Notes: generated from the sequence alone by a model not told the origin. A stretch of DNA of 40,118 nt, filler included, from Candidatus Woesearchaeota archaeon (GCA_016180285.1; 2 parts of 2 records of this genome joined end to end with filler, not necessarily neighbours in it), one strand, 5' to 3'; positions 8,893 through 17,246 are shown, counted from the first letter of the whole stretch. Made by a program: numbers and translations.

Positions 8893-9312
8893 ATGGAAAG
8901 AACAATAGATGCCACTAATCTGATTTTGGGAAGAATGGCTGCAAAGGCAGCTAAAGAAGCCTTATTAGGCAATACTGTGATAATAGTGAACTGCGAGAAT
9001 GCTGTTATTTCAGGGGATAAACAAATGGTTTTTGCAAATTACAAAAGATTAAGAGAGATGGGTACGCATACAACAGGGCCTTTTTTGAACAGAATGCCTG
9101 ACAGATTTGTAAAAAGAGTTATAAAAGGGATGCTGCCGCACCAGCATCGAGGCTTGGCTGCTTTCAGAAGGGTACAATGCTATATTGGAGTTCCTGAAGA
9201 GCTGAAGAACAAAAAGTTCGGGAGTGTTGAAGAGGCCAAAGCGGAAAGATTGTCGATTTTAAAGCGCGTAAAAGTGAAGGATATATGCATATTCCTGGGA
9301 GGGAAGGTATGA
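8893..9312 (+). CDS. rpl13: 50S ribosomal protein uL13
   Basis: IDATNLILGRMA...AK..L.G..V.IVNCE.AVISG; GPF..R.PDR.VKR.IKGMLP. Confidence 0.97.
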   Translation: MERTIDATNLILGRMAAKAAKEALLGNTVIIVNCENAVISGDKQMVFANYKRLREMGTHTTGPFLNRMPDRFVKRVIKGMLPHQHRGLAAFRRVQCYIGVPEELKNKKFGSVEEAKAERLSILKRVKVKDICIFLGGKV

Positions 9313-9704
9313 AAGCATTACATTGCTCTGGAAAGAGAAAAAGGGCTGTTGCAAGGGTTACATTAACGCAGGGCAGCGGCAAAATAAAGGTCAACAATGC
9401 CCCAATTGAGCTAGTTCAGCCAGAGATTTCAAGGATGAAGATAATGGAGCCATTAATATTAGCAGGAGATACAGCCTCAAAGGTTGATATTGATGTGAAT
9501 GTCATAGGAGGCGGAATTACAAGCCAGGCAGAAGCTGCAAGGCTGGCAATAGGAAGGGCATTGGTGCAGTTCAATAAATTGCTCGAGAAGGATTTTTTGG
9601 ATTATGACAGGCAATTGCTTGTTGCGGATATCAGGAGAAAAGAATCGAGAAAGCCAAACAGGCACGGAAAAGCGCGTGCAAAAGTTCAAAAAAGCTACAG
9701 GTGA
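9309..9704 (+). CDS. rps9: 30S ribosomal protein uS9
   Basis: Start set at the ATG at 9309 (ATGA overlap with rpl13); SGKRKRAVAR; GGG...QAEAAR; YDRQLLVAD.RRKE; ARAK.QKSYR. Confidence 0.97.
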   Translation: MKALHCSGKRKRAVARVTLTQGSGKIKVNNAPIELVQPEISRMKIMEPLILAGDTASKVDIDVNVIGGGITSQAEAARLAIGRALVQFNKLLEKDFLDYDRQLLVADIRRKESRKPNRHGKARAKVQKSYR

Positions 9705-9710
9705 TGCAAA

Positions 9711-9908
9711 ATGATGATTCCAATACGATGTTTCAGCTGCGGAAAGCCGGTTGCCCAGTTGTGGGAATCTTTCCAGGAGAGGGTTGCAAAAGGAGAAAGC
9801 AGGAAAAAAGTTCTTGATGATCTTGGATTGGAGAGATACTGCTGCAGGGCATTGTTCCTCGGGCATATTGACCTTGTTGATAAGATCGCGCCGTTTAAGA
9901 AATTTTAA
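9711..9908 (+). CDS. rpoN: RNA polymerase subunit N (Rpo10)
   Basis: MIPIRCFSCGK...LDDLGLERYCCR. Confidence 0.98.
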   Translation: MMIPIRCFSCGKPVAQLWESFQERVAKGESRKKVLDDLGLERYCCRALFLGHIDLVDKIAPFKKF

Positions 9909-10487
9909 ATGCAACCTAAATTTGTTGTTGAGCATCTGGAAAAAAGGCTGTATAAGTGGTGTTTTCTTGAATATGAGGATATAGCAAAGATTGTTGGAAA
10001 AGGCAACATAATATTTACAAATATAAAAAATAAAAAAGAGATTTTAAAATTAAAAAATCTTGGCAATGCTCTTAAAGAAAGTGTTTTTAATTTAAACCTT
10101 GATGAAAATAAAACATGCATTCTTGATCCGAACTCGAAGAGAACATTAACCCCTGCAATAGCGAGGAAGTTCAATTGTTTTGTTTTTGGCGGCATACTTG
10201 GAAATTATCCTCCTGAAAAAAGAACAAAAAAATTATTGACTGGGAAACTGGGTTTTGAGTCATTTAATATCGGAAAAAAGCAGATGAGCACGGATAACGC
10301 TGTTCTGGCTGTGAAGATGATTGCTGGCGGAATGCCGCTTGAGAAAATAAAATTCAAGGACAACATAAAAATAAAAACAGGCAGGAATGAAGAAGTGATA
10401 CTGCCTTACAGGTATGTTGTTTTGAATGGAAAGATCTTCATGTCTGAAGAGCTGATGAAGAATTTGAAAAAAGGGAAGAGGTTTTGA
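9909..10487 (+). CDS. SFM1-like (DUF431) SPOUT-class SAM-dependent methyltransferase
   Basis: VVEHLE....W..LEY; LDP....L; FVFGGILGNYPP..RT; G..QMSTDNAV; LPYRY. Confidence 0.85.
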   Translation: MQPKFVVEHLEKRLYKWCFLEYEDIAKIVGKGNIIFTNIKNKKEILKLKNLGNALKESVFNLNLDENKTCILDPNSKRTLTPAIARKFNCFVFGGILGNYPPEKRTKKLLTGKLGFESFNIGKKQMSTDNAVLAVKMIAGGMPLEKIKFKDNIKIKTGRNEEVILPYRYVVLNGKIFMSEELMKNLKKGKRF

Positions 10488-10515
10488 ATCAACAAGGATA
10501 AAAGATTAATTTCTT

Positions 10516-11343
10516 TTATAAGGCATCTATCGGGCTTTTTACTTTTTTTAATTGTTGCGGGCTGATGTGAGTATAAATTTTTGTTGTTTCAATGTTTTCG
10601 TGACCAAGAAGCTGCTGTATAACAATTAAATTTTCGCCGTTCTCAAGCAAATGCGTTGCAAAACTATGCCTTAATGTATGACAATGAACGGGCTTGCTTA
10701 TCCCTGATTTTTTTGCTGCAGTTCTTACTATTTTTTGCAGGTTTCTTGCAGATAATCTTCCTTTTGGACCAGAGAATAAATACTCCTGGCTTTCTTGTTT
10801 TTGTTTTTCTGCTTGTTCTTTTAAATCTTGAAAAATAAGCTCAGGAATATTAAAAATCCTGTCTTTTTTGCCCTTCGCCTGCCTTGCATAGCCTATTTTT
10901 TCATTGAAGTCTAAATCAGGCGTCTTTAGGCTTATTAATTCAGAAACCCTGAAGCCGCAGGCGTACATCAATGTTATCATCAGCTTACTCTTGGAGTTAT
11001 TAATAGAGCTTATTAACTTTCTAACTTCATCTTTAGATAAAACAGCCGGGATTTTTATTTCTTTTTTTGGCCTTCTTATATTGGCAGTTGGATCTTTTTT
11101 GAGGATATTTCGATAAGCATGCCTAATGGCGGCTAAAAAAAGAATTGTTGAAATGCTGGCTTTGTCTGAAAGTTTTTCTGCCATAAATGCCTGAACATCC
11201 TCTTCCGTTATTTGATCTGGTAGTTTTTTAGTAAATTCAAGAAGTTCTGAATTTGCCTTAAGATAATTTCTCAGAGTATATTGTGAGTTTTTAGAGATCT
11301 TCAATTCAACTTCAAGTTTTTTTAGGAATTCCTCTTTGTTCAT
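10516..11343 (-). CDS. Xer-family tyrosine recombinase (XerA-like) 1
   Basis: Catalytic set present: Y.CGFRVSE (R), KGKKDR (K), HTLRHSFATHLLE (H-x-x-R), LLGH (H), TTKIYTH (Y). Confidence 0.95.
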   Translation of the reverse strand: MNKEEFLKKLEVELKISKNSQYTLRNYLKANSELLEFTKKLPDQITEEDVQAFMAEKLSDKASISTILFLAAIRHAYRNILKKDPTANIRRPKKEIKIPAVLSKDEVRKLISSINNSKSKLMITLMYACGFRVSELISLKTPDLDFNEKIGYARQAKGKKDRIFNIPELIFQDLKEQAEKQKQESQEYLFSGPKGRLSARNLQKIVRTAAKKSGISKPVHCHTLRHSFATHLLENGENLIVIQQLLGHENIETTKIYTHISPQQLKKVKSPIDAL

Positions 11344-11942
11344 TTTAGTTCTATATATTTAATTTTATTCAGTTTGTTGCCTTTGAAATAAAGAGCTGAA
11401 ATAGACCCCCTATCACACATCGTTTTATTCAGCAAGTTTAGATTTTTGTTTTGTAATTTTAATCTTAATGCCCTAATAGGGTCTTGATGAGAAACGCAGA
11501 TTATTTCCTTGCCTTTATGCTTCTTAATGATCTTTTTGCAAAAATTCTGCATTCTAAGGGCCAAATCCCTGATTTTTTCGCCCCCTATTAGTTTTGTTGG
11601 ATTAGTTAAGTAGATTTGAAATTCATTTGATTGCTTTATTTCGGTCTCTGTTTCTCCCTTCCATTTGTATTTCCATTCAAATAATTGTTTTGACTTAATA
11701 ACTTTAGCTTTTGGGAAAAACTCAGATATCATCTTTGTAGTTTCATAGGCCCTATTTATAGGGGAAGTGTAAATTACCTTTATGTTATGTTTAGATAAAT
11801 ACTCCCTTACTTTTCTGATTTGTTCTTTTCCTTTTTTGCTCAAACCAAAATGTAGGTTATTTATTCCAGCCCAGGTGTCTTTTGGTTTATCCACGGCTCC
11901 ATGTCTAACAAAATAGATTATTGTTTTTCCCATTCTTTTCAT
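11340..11942 (-). CDS. Histidine phosphatase family protein
   Basis: FVRHG, YTSP..RA.ET, GE, VSH.DPIR; lower GC than neighbours; overlaps the recombinase start. The true start may be the second Met. Confidence 0.9.
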   Translation of the reverse strand: MKRMGKTIIYFVRHGAVDKPKDTWAGINNLHFGLSKKGKEQIRKVREYLSKHNIKVIYTSPINRAYETTKMISEFFPKAKVIKSKQLFEWKYKWKGETETEIKQSNEFQIYLTNPTKLIGGEKIRDLALRMQNFCKKIIKKHKGKEIICVSHQDPIRALRLKLQNKNLNLLNKTMCDRGSISALYFKGNKLNKIKYIELK

Positions 11943-11990
11943 ACAACCAAATTGTGCGAACTTATTTATAAATCTTTGCTGTAATTTAAT

Positions 11991-12018
11991 GGTGCGTACA
12001 ATACATCTTGTGCGAAGC
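11991..12018. other. dif-like Xer recombination site (11-6-11)
   Basis: GGTGCGTACAA-TACATC-TTGTGCGAAGC: quasi-palindromic arms; the left arm matches the E. coli XerC arm GGTGCGCATAA at 9/11; 650 bp from a Xer gene. Confidence 0.6.
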
Positions 12019-12117
12019 TTTATAGGATTTTTGGCTTATTTTTGATTATTTTTTGTTTAGAATAAAACTTTTAATCAATGCTCGAATAATATATATAATA
12101 AAACTTGTGAGAATTGC

Positions 12118-12684
12118 TTAAATGTTTTCAACTTGATTTTTGTCCATGTTTTTAACTGTAATTTTTGAAATTTCTGCGTTTATGCCTACAATGTTTTCTT
12201 TTGTCTGAAGCTGCCTGAAGTCCAGATTCAGCTTGAGGAATGTTTCGTTGTTTATGTATTTCTTAATAATCGGTATGCCTTTTTCGATCAAATTGCCGGT
12301 GTAATTTTGGACTAAGGCTTCTGAAATTGCGAGTTTTTGGGCAAGCGCCTTATAGCTTACTGGAGTGGCTTCTTCTAATATATATAACGCAAGGAACACT
12401 TCTTTCTCTTTTTCTGTAAGAGGTGTTATTTTGAACTCTATTTTTTTGGAAATTTCCTTGTTTTCCTTGCTTAATTGTTTTAAGAAAAGAGCAAATTCTT
12501 CAAGCTTTTCTTCAACCTTGTCCAGGCGGGAATCAAACTTGCAGATGTATTCGTAATTTGACTGTATTTCATTCGTATTGTCATTTATAGATTCAAGGTG
12601 ATCTTCAAATTCCTCTTTTATCGACTTAAAAGCTGTTTTCAGCTTCTTGTCCATATCTGACAATAAATCCCTCTTTTCAAACAC
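12118..12684 (-). CDS. Hypothetical protein: N-terminal coiled coil plus C-terminal winged-helix DNA-binding domain
   Basis: GTG start with GGGGGTG RBS; heptad-rich N-half; LTEKEKEVFLALY......VSYKALAQKLAISEALVQNY..NLIEKGIPIIK is wHTH-like. Confidence 0.8.
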   Translation of the reverse strand: MFEKRDLLSDMDKKLKTAFKSIKEEFEDHLESINDNTNEIQSNYEYICKFDSRLDKVEEKLEEFALFLKQLSKENKEISKKIEFKITPLTEKEKEVFLALYILEEATPVSYKALAQKLAISEALVQNYTGNLIEKGIPIIKKYINNETFLKLNLDFRQLQTKENIVGINAEISKITVKNMDKNQVENI

Positions 12685-12879
12685 AGTCTAACACCCCCGA
12701 ATCATGAAAATGGGAAGGCGGTTATTTAAATAGTTTTCGATAGCACAAGGGAAACGGTATTTTGTGTTTTCAAAAAAACAATTTCAAAAAATATATATAG
12801 TTGCTGTACTAAATTAATATAAAATGTTTTGAAAACAAGATTTTCAAACCATTTTATCCAAACTGGAGGCTTGTCTAAA

Positions 12880-13458
12880 ATGTTTAATTTTTTCAGGAAA
12901 AAAGAGGATAATAGCATTAAAGAAGTTGTAAAGAATTCTTTTTTGAGCGTAAAGCGCGATGTGGTTAATGTCTGGGCATGGGTAAGGCATCTTAATGAGA
13001 AAGGGAATGCGCATGATCTGGAAATAAATGACCTGAGAAATTCCATAACGCAGCAAAAGGTTGAGCAGGGCAAGATCATTGACGCTTACTACGGACTGCA
13101 CAACAACCAAAAAGCGCTGATTGACAAGATAAGGGAGTTAGATGAGAAAATAGATTCATTAGAAGGCAGAAAGGAAGCTGTACATAGCGGTTATAAGCAA
13201 AGCTTCAAGGAAAAGGTTGTCAAAAAGCTCACCAAGAACTCCAAGGATTATGTCAAGTCAGTAATTGTTTCTTTGATACAGAAATATGAGAAAGTGAGCG
13301 CTTTGCAGCTAAGGGAGATTGTTGTTGATGAGCAGAAGCTGTGCAGCAAGAGCTCGTTTTACAGGATTCTGGAAGAGGTTGAAAGAGGCAGGGAAATTGG
13401 CTTTATGAAGGATGGCAAGGAGAAAAGCTACCTGTCAAAAATTAGTGTCAAAGCTTAA
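12880..13458 (+). CDS. Hypothetical protein: N-terminal coiled coil plus C-terminal winged-helix-like domain
   Basis: Start set at the ATG at 12880 (GGAGG RBS at 12865); coiled-coil middle; IVSLIQKYEKVSALQLREIVVDEQKLCSKSSFYRILEEVE is HTH-like. Confidence 0.8.
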   Translation: MFNFFRKKEDNSIKEVVKNSFLSVKRDVVNVWAWVRHLNEKGNAHDLEINDLRNSITQQKVEQGKIIDAYYGLHNNQKALIDKIRELDEKIDSLEGRKEAVHSGYKQSFKEKVVKKLTKNSKDYVKSVIVSLIQKYEKVSALQLREIVVDEQKLCSKSSFYRILEEVERGREIGFMKDGKEKSYLSKISVKA

Positions 13459-13509
13459 AAGTTTTAGTTGTTTTTAATGTGTATTTTTCTCATTCCCAGC
13501 CTTATTTTC

Positions 13510-13710
13510 TGGGAATATAGCTGGGATTGTGTGGGAATGTTTCTCGACTAAAAAGGGTCAAAACTGGGACTATCTGGGACTGAACTGGGAATATATTGGG
13601 ACTATTCTGGGACTATCTGGGAATATGCTGGGACTATCTCTCGACGAGAAAATGTTCAAAACTGGGACTATCTGGGAATATGCTGGGAATATGTTGGGAC
13701 TGTCCTGGGA
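13510..13710 (+). repeat. Helically phased tandem array of (C)TGGGA(C/A)TAT repeats, iteron-like
   Basis: 15 TGGGA cores at 13510, 13522, 13532, 13565, 13575, 13586, 13597, 13608, 13618, 13629, 13663, 13673, 13684, 13695 and 13706. Spacing is 10-12 bp, with two 33-34 bp linkers sharing TCTCGAC..AAAA..G.TCAAAAC. Confidence 0.9.
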
Positions 13711-13813
13711 ATATGGCATTGTGGGCTGTTTTTAAGGATTTTGCTGGAAATTTTTGAAAAATTTTTCCTAAAAAATAAAAAAGATTAAATAGTGCTGTCT
13801 GATTGTTTTTTAA

Positions 13814-14455
13814 ATGGAAGTGAGATCGAAATCAGGGCTGGCAATAGTGCTTTCGCAGCTGGAAGGCTTTACACAGCCGAAAGTGATGGCTGAGCAGTAT
13901 GCCACAGACAGCGAGGTTGCAGCTGAATTCCTGTGGTTTGCTGCTATGAAAGGGGATTTGAAGCAGAAAGTGAGTGCTGATCTGGGATGTGGAACAGGTA
14001 TTTTGGGCATTGGAGCCTTGCTGCTCGGAGCTAAAAAGGTGTATTTTGTGGATTCTGATGCTGAAAGTGTGGAGATTGCTCGAAAAAACCTTAAAAATGC
14101 GGCAAAAATGGCTAAAAGTGAGAGTTCGCTGAGTGGCAGAGCGGTATTTTTGCGCCAGGATATTGCTGGTTTTACTGAAAAAGTGGATGTGGTGCTTGAA
14201 AACCCGCCTTTTGGAACAAAAGAGAGGCACGCAGACAGGGTTTTTTTGGAGAAGGCTATGGAACTGGCTCCTGTTGTATATTCCCTGCATAAAAGTGAGA
14301 GCAAGGGCTTTGTAGAGGCGCTTGCAGGGGATCATGGCTTTAAGGTTACGAATGTGCTTGATTTTGAGATGCCTCTGAAAGCAACCATGAAAATGCATGA
14401 AAAGAGGATCTACAGGGTAAAAGTGAGCCTGTTTAGGATGGAAAGGGCCGTATAA
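13814..14455 (+). CDS. METTL5-family (COG2263) RNA N6-adenine methyltransferase
   Basis: L..F..PKV..EQY.T; DLGCGTGIL; NPPFGT...HAD..FL; H.K. Confidence 0.93.
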   Translation: MEVRSKSGLAIVLSQLEGFTQPKVMAEQYATDSEVAAEFLWFAAMKGDLKQKVSADLGCGTGILGIGALLLGAKKVYFVDSDAESVEIARKNLKNAAKMAKSESSLSGRAVFLRQDIAGFTEKVDVVLENPPFGTKERHADRVFLEKAMELAPVVYSLHKSESKGFVEALAGDHGFKVTNVLDFEMPLKATMKMHEKRIYRVKVSLFRMERAV

Positions 14456-14536
14456 AATGATCGTTAGAAGCTGGTTAGTTAAATGATAGTTATGTCTGAT
14501 TCAGAATTCGGGCTAAAAGATAGAAACCGAAATATT

Positions 14537-14986
14537 TTATCTTAAAGGAGTTCCTAATGGCATCTGCGGTATATGCTGGTGGGGATATTTGCTATCAGCT
14601 TTTTCCAAAGCTTCTCTTACTTGTGGATCCTCTATGTCTAAGAAATCATCTCCAAGTTGGTATAAGATACCTCCAAGTCCTCTTAAATCATGAGGTGCTC
14701 CGTAAAAAGTATCTAATATTCTAAAAGTTATATCTCTTAAAGTTCCTTTAAATCCAGGCTGTCTTTCTCGTATTGTTGGCACGTTCACATAAGCATCAGG
14801 ACCAATAGCTGTTGTAGCTTCAGATAAAAAGACATCTCTTCCACTTTCTCTTAGAATCTGAGTAACATAATCAAGAAATTCTTTTTGATATTCAAATCTT
14901 GGTTTAGGAACTTCTTTATGCATCACGACTTTAAGAGGGTCGCAATGATCATACATCCCAAATAACCTATTAGATTCTTTTGACAT
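14537..14986 (-). CDS. Hypothetical protein (orphan, cassette-like)
   Basis: 149 aa ORF with AGGAG RBS and its own TATA box; opposite orientation to the flanking genes. Confidence 0.7.
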   Translation of the reverse strand: MSKESNRLFGMYDHCDPLKVVMHKEVPKPRFEYQKEFLDYVTQILRESGRDVFLSEATTAIGPDAYVNVPTIRERQPGFKGTLRDITFRILDTFYGAPHDLRGLGGILYQLGDDFLDIEDPQVREALEKADSKYPHQHIPQMPLGTPLR

Positions 14987-15116
14987 TTTAATTCTCCTGA
15001 TAAATAGAATAAATCAATACTTTATAAATCTTTCGGTTCTTTTACTACTCTGAAGTTATATTTATTAAACAGTTAACTATTTAAACAAATGGCAATTCCT
15101 TTTACAAGGTGAAATC

Positions 15117-15395
15117 ATGGAAATAAAGGTTCTTGAAGAGGATAAAAACAAGATTATGATCGAGATTTCAGGAGAAGGCCATACGCTTTCAAATGCGCTG
15201 AAAGAAGAGCTGCAGAATGATAAAAATGTAAAGGCAGCCGGCTACAACATAAGGCACCCTATGGTTGGAAAACCAAAGTTTATTGTCGAGACTGAAGGAA
15301 GGGAAACTGCAAGAGAGGCATTAGAGGAAGCTGCAAAAAGGCTGAAGAAAGAAACGGATAAATTCAGGAACGCTGCTGATAAGGAAATAAGGTAA
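15117..15395 (+). CDS. rpoL: RNA polymerase subunit L (Rpo11)
   Basis: GEGHTLSNALKEEL..D..V..AGY.I.HP. Confidence 0.96.
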   Translation: MEIKVLEEDKNKIMIEISGEGHTLSNALKEELQNDKNVKAAGYNIRHPMVGKPKFIVETEGRETAREALEEAAKRLKKETDKFRNAADKEIR

Positions 15396-15408
15396 GCATC
15401 ATTATAGC

Positions 15409-15999
15409 ATGATAAGCTTAAAAGAGGGTGAAAGACTGGTAATGCTTGCAAGGAAAAGCATCCGCTCTCATTTCTATAACGAAGAAGTTAAAATCAGCGA
15501 CGATATAAAGAAAAAGTTTTCTGAAAAGCAAGGGGTGTTTGTAACGCTGAATATGCATGGCGAGTTAAGGGGCTGCATTGGCTATCCTGAGCCTGTTCTT
15601 CCGCTTTATGAGGCTGTTGTTGAAGCTGCAAAAAGCGCTGCTTTTCATGATCCAAGATTTGCGCCATTGACGAAAGAAGAGTTCGAGAATATTACACTTG
15701 AGTTAAGTGTTTTGACAAAGCCGGAACAGATAAAAGTGCTGAAGGCTGATGATTATTTGAAGTGTATAAAGATCGGAGAAGATGGCTTGATTGTGCAGGG
15801 CAGTTTTCATAACAAAGGATTGTTGCTGCCGCAGGTATTCACTGAGTATGATGCTGATCCTGAGATGGCTCTTTCTATGACCTGCCAGAAAGCAGGATTA
15901 AGGTCTGATGCATGGCGAAATCTTGATGTCAAGGTGTTTAAGTTCCAAGCGCAGATATTTGCTGAAGAAGACGGAAAAGTGGTGGAGAAAAAGATTTAG
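15409..15999 (+). CDS. AMMECR1-domain protein (TIGR00296)
   Basis: GVFVTL....LRGCIG; AAF.DPRF; ELSVLT; G.DGL; GLLLPQV; C.KAG. Confidence 0.95.
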   Translation: MISLKEGERLVMLARKSIRSHFYNEEVKISDDIKKKFSEKQGVFVTLNMHGELRGCIGYPEPVLPLYEAVVEAAKSAAFHDPRFAPLTKEEFENITLELSVLTKPEQIKVLKADDYLKCIKIGEDGLIVQGSFHNKGLLLPQVFTEYDADPEMALSMTCQKAGLRSDAWRNLDVKVFKFQAQIFAEEDGKVVEKKI

Positions 16000-16070
16000 T
16001 TTTTTAGACGATAAAAGTAATGCAAAAATAAAGCGAAAAACATATATATTACATAGTGCCCATGTGATTT

Positions 16071-16574
16071 ATGATCATAAGGATCAAGAAGAGGAAAAAC
16101 AAAGCCGGAGAAGAGCTTTCTTATGCTTATCTTGTTGAGAACAAGTGGACTTACAAAGGGCCAAGGCAAAAGGTTATGAAATATTTGGGAAAGGTTTGTT
16201 TTTTTGACAAAAAGGATTTGATGTTTAAAGGGGATATTAAAGATATTGGCCATAAGGAGCTTATTAAAGAGCTCGTAAAGTGGGAATTAAGAAAACACGG
16301 TTTTGATGAAAAAGAGGGGTTTTTTGCTTCAAACGGCATTTTCTTCGAAAATAATGAAATTTATAAAAAACAGGCAAATAAAAAGATAAGCTGCGTTCTG
16401 GCTCTTAATGAAGGATTCTTGTGCGGTTTTACAATCAAAAGGCTTCTGGAATTCAATGAAAAAGGCAGTGAAAAAGAAGTCGGCCTGAAGCTGGCGAAAT
16501 GCTTTGTAGAAGCAGGGATCGATGTGCCGAAGGATGTGTTTATAGAATGCTTTGAAAAGGTTTATGGAAGATAG
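16071..16574 (+). CDS. Hypothetical protein
   Basis: 167 aa ORF; basic N-terminus IRIKK...YAYLVEN.W...GPRQKV.KYLG. Confidence 0.75.
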   Translation: MIIRIKKRKNKAGEELSYAYLVENKWTYKGPRQKVMKYLGKVCFFDKKDLMFKGDIKDIGHKELIKELVKWELRKHGFDEKEGFFASNGIFFENNEIYKKQANKKISCVLALNEGFLCGFTIKRLLEFNEKGSEKEVGLKLAKCFVEAGIDVPKDVFIECFEKVYGR

Positions 16575-16669
16575 TCGTTATGCAAAATAATTTTCAGGGA
16601 CTAAATATAAAAAGGGGATTTGGCTTGAAAAGAGAGATAAGAAATGGACAAAATTAAAGAGAAGACCTA

Positions 16670-17044
16670 TTATTTTACAGGACGATAGTTGGAGTCTACA
16701 GGACGATAATTTGAAATGATATCATCCAGCTGTTCCATGACTATACCGACTTTAAATTGTGAACGTTTAGGCGTTACAGCTGTAAGCTTTGTTCTTACAA
16801 CATCGGGGGATTCCTGCCCCAATAAGACTTGTTTATCCAATTCATAAATATTTCCGCTTGAGTCCCAAATTTTTCTTACGTGTGTACTTAATCTGCTATC
16901 AGTTGGTACGACACCTAAACCTGATATTTTTCCATTTAGTGCAATTTTGAACAGTACAACTCCAGAATACCAATTATATTCTGCACCTTGATAAATTATA
17001 TGATCATCAATTCGAATTTTTTTAAGCGATTTTTGCGAAATCAT
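16670..17044 (-). CDS. Hypothetical protein (orphan, cassette-like)
   Basis: 124 aa ORF with GGAGGT RBS and its own TATA box; opposite orientation to the flanking genes. Confidence 0.7.
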   Translation of the reverse strand: MISQKSLKKIRIDDHIIYQGAEYNWYSGVVLFKIALNGKISGLGVVPTDSRLSTHVRKIWDSSGNIYELDKQVLLGQESPDVVRTKLTAVTPKRSQFKVGIVMEQLDDIISNYRPVDSNYRPVK

Positions 17045-17246
17045 TTATATTACCTCCATATACTTAATATTCATTGTGAAAATACAAACCACTATTTAAA
17101 TCTTTCGGTTATTTACTACTAATTAAAGGTTACAATATCGACAATATGAAAACATAAAGCTTTATAAATAACCTGCAATTTCTTCTGCTCAAGGATGCCC
17201 GCCAACTAGTTGTCTGCAATGGACAATAGCAGGGCAGAGGTCAAGA

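Noticed and set aside
13510..13710. CRISPR array, or protein-coding ORF 13529..13735
   Set aside because: Units are 10-11 bp with no unique spacers and no cas genes. The 68-aa ORF is just the translated repeat and lacks an RBS.
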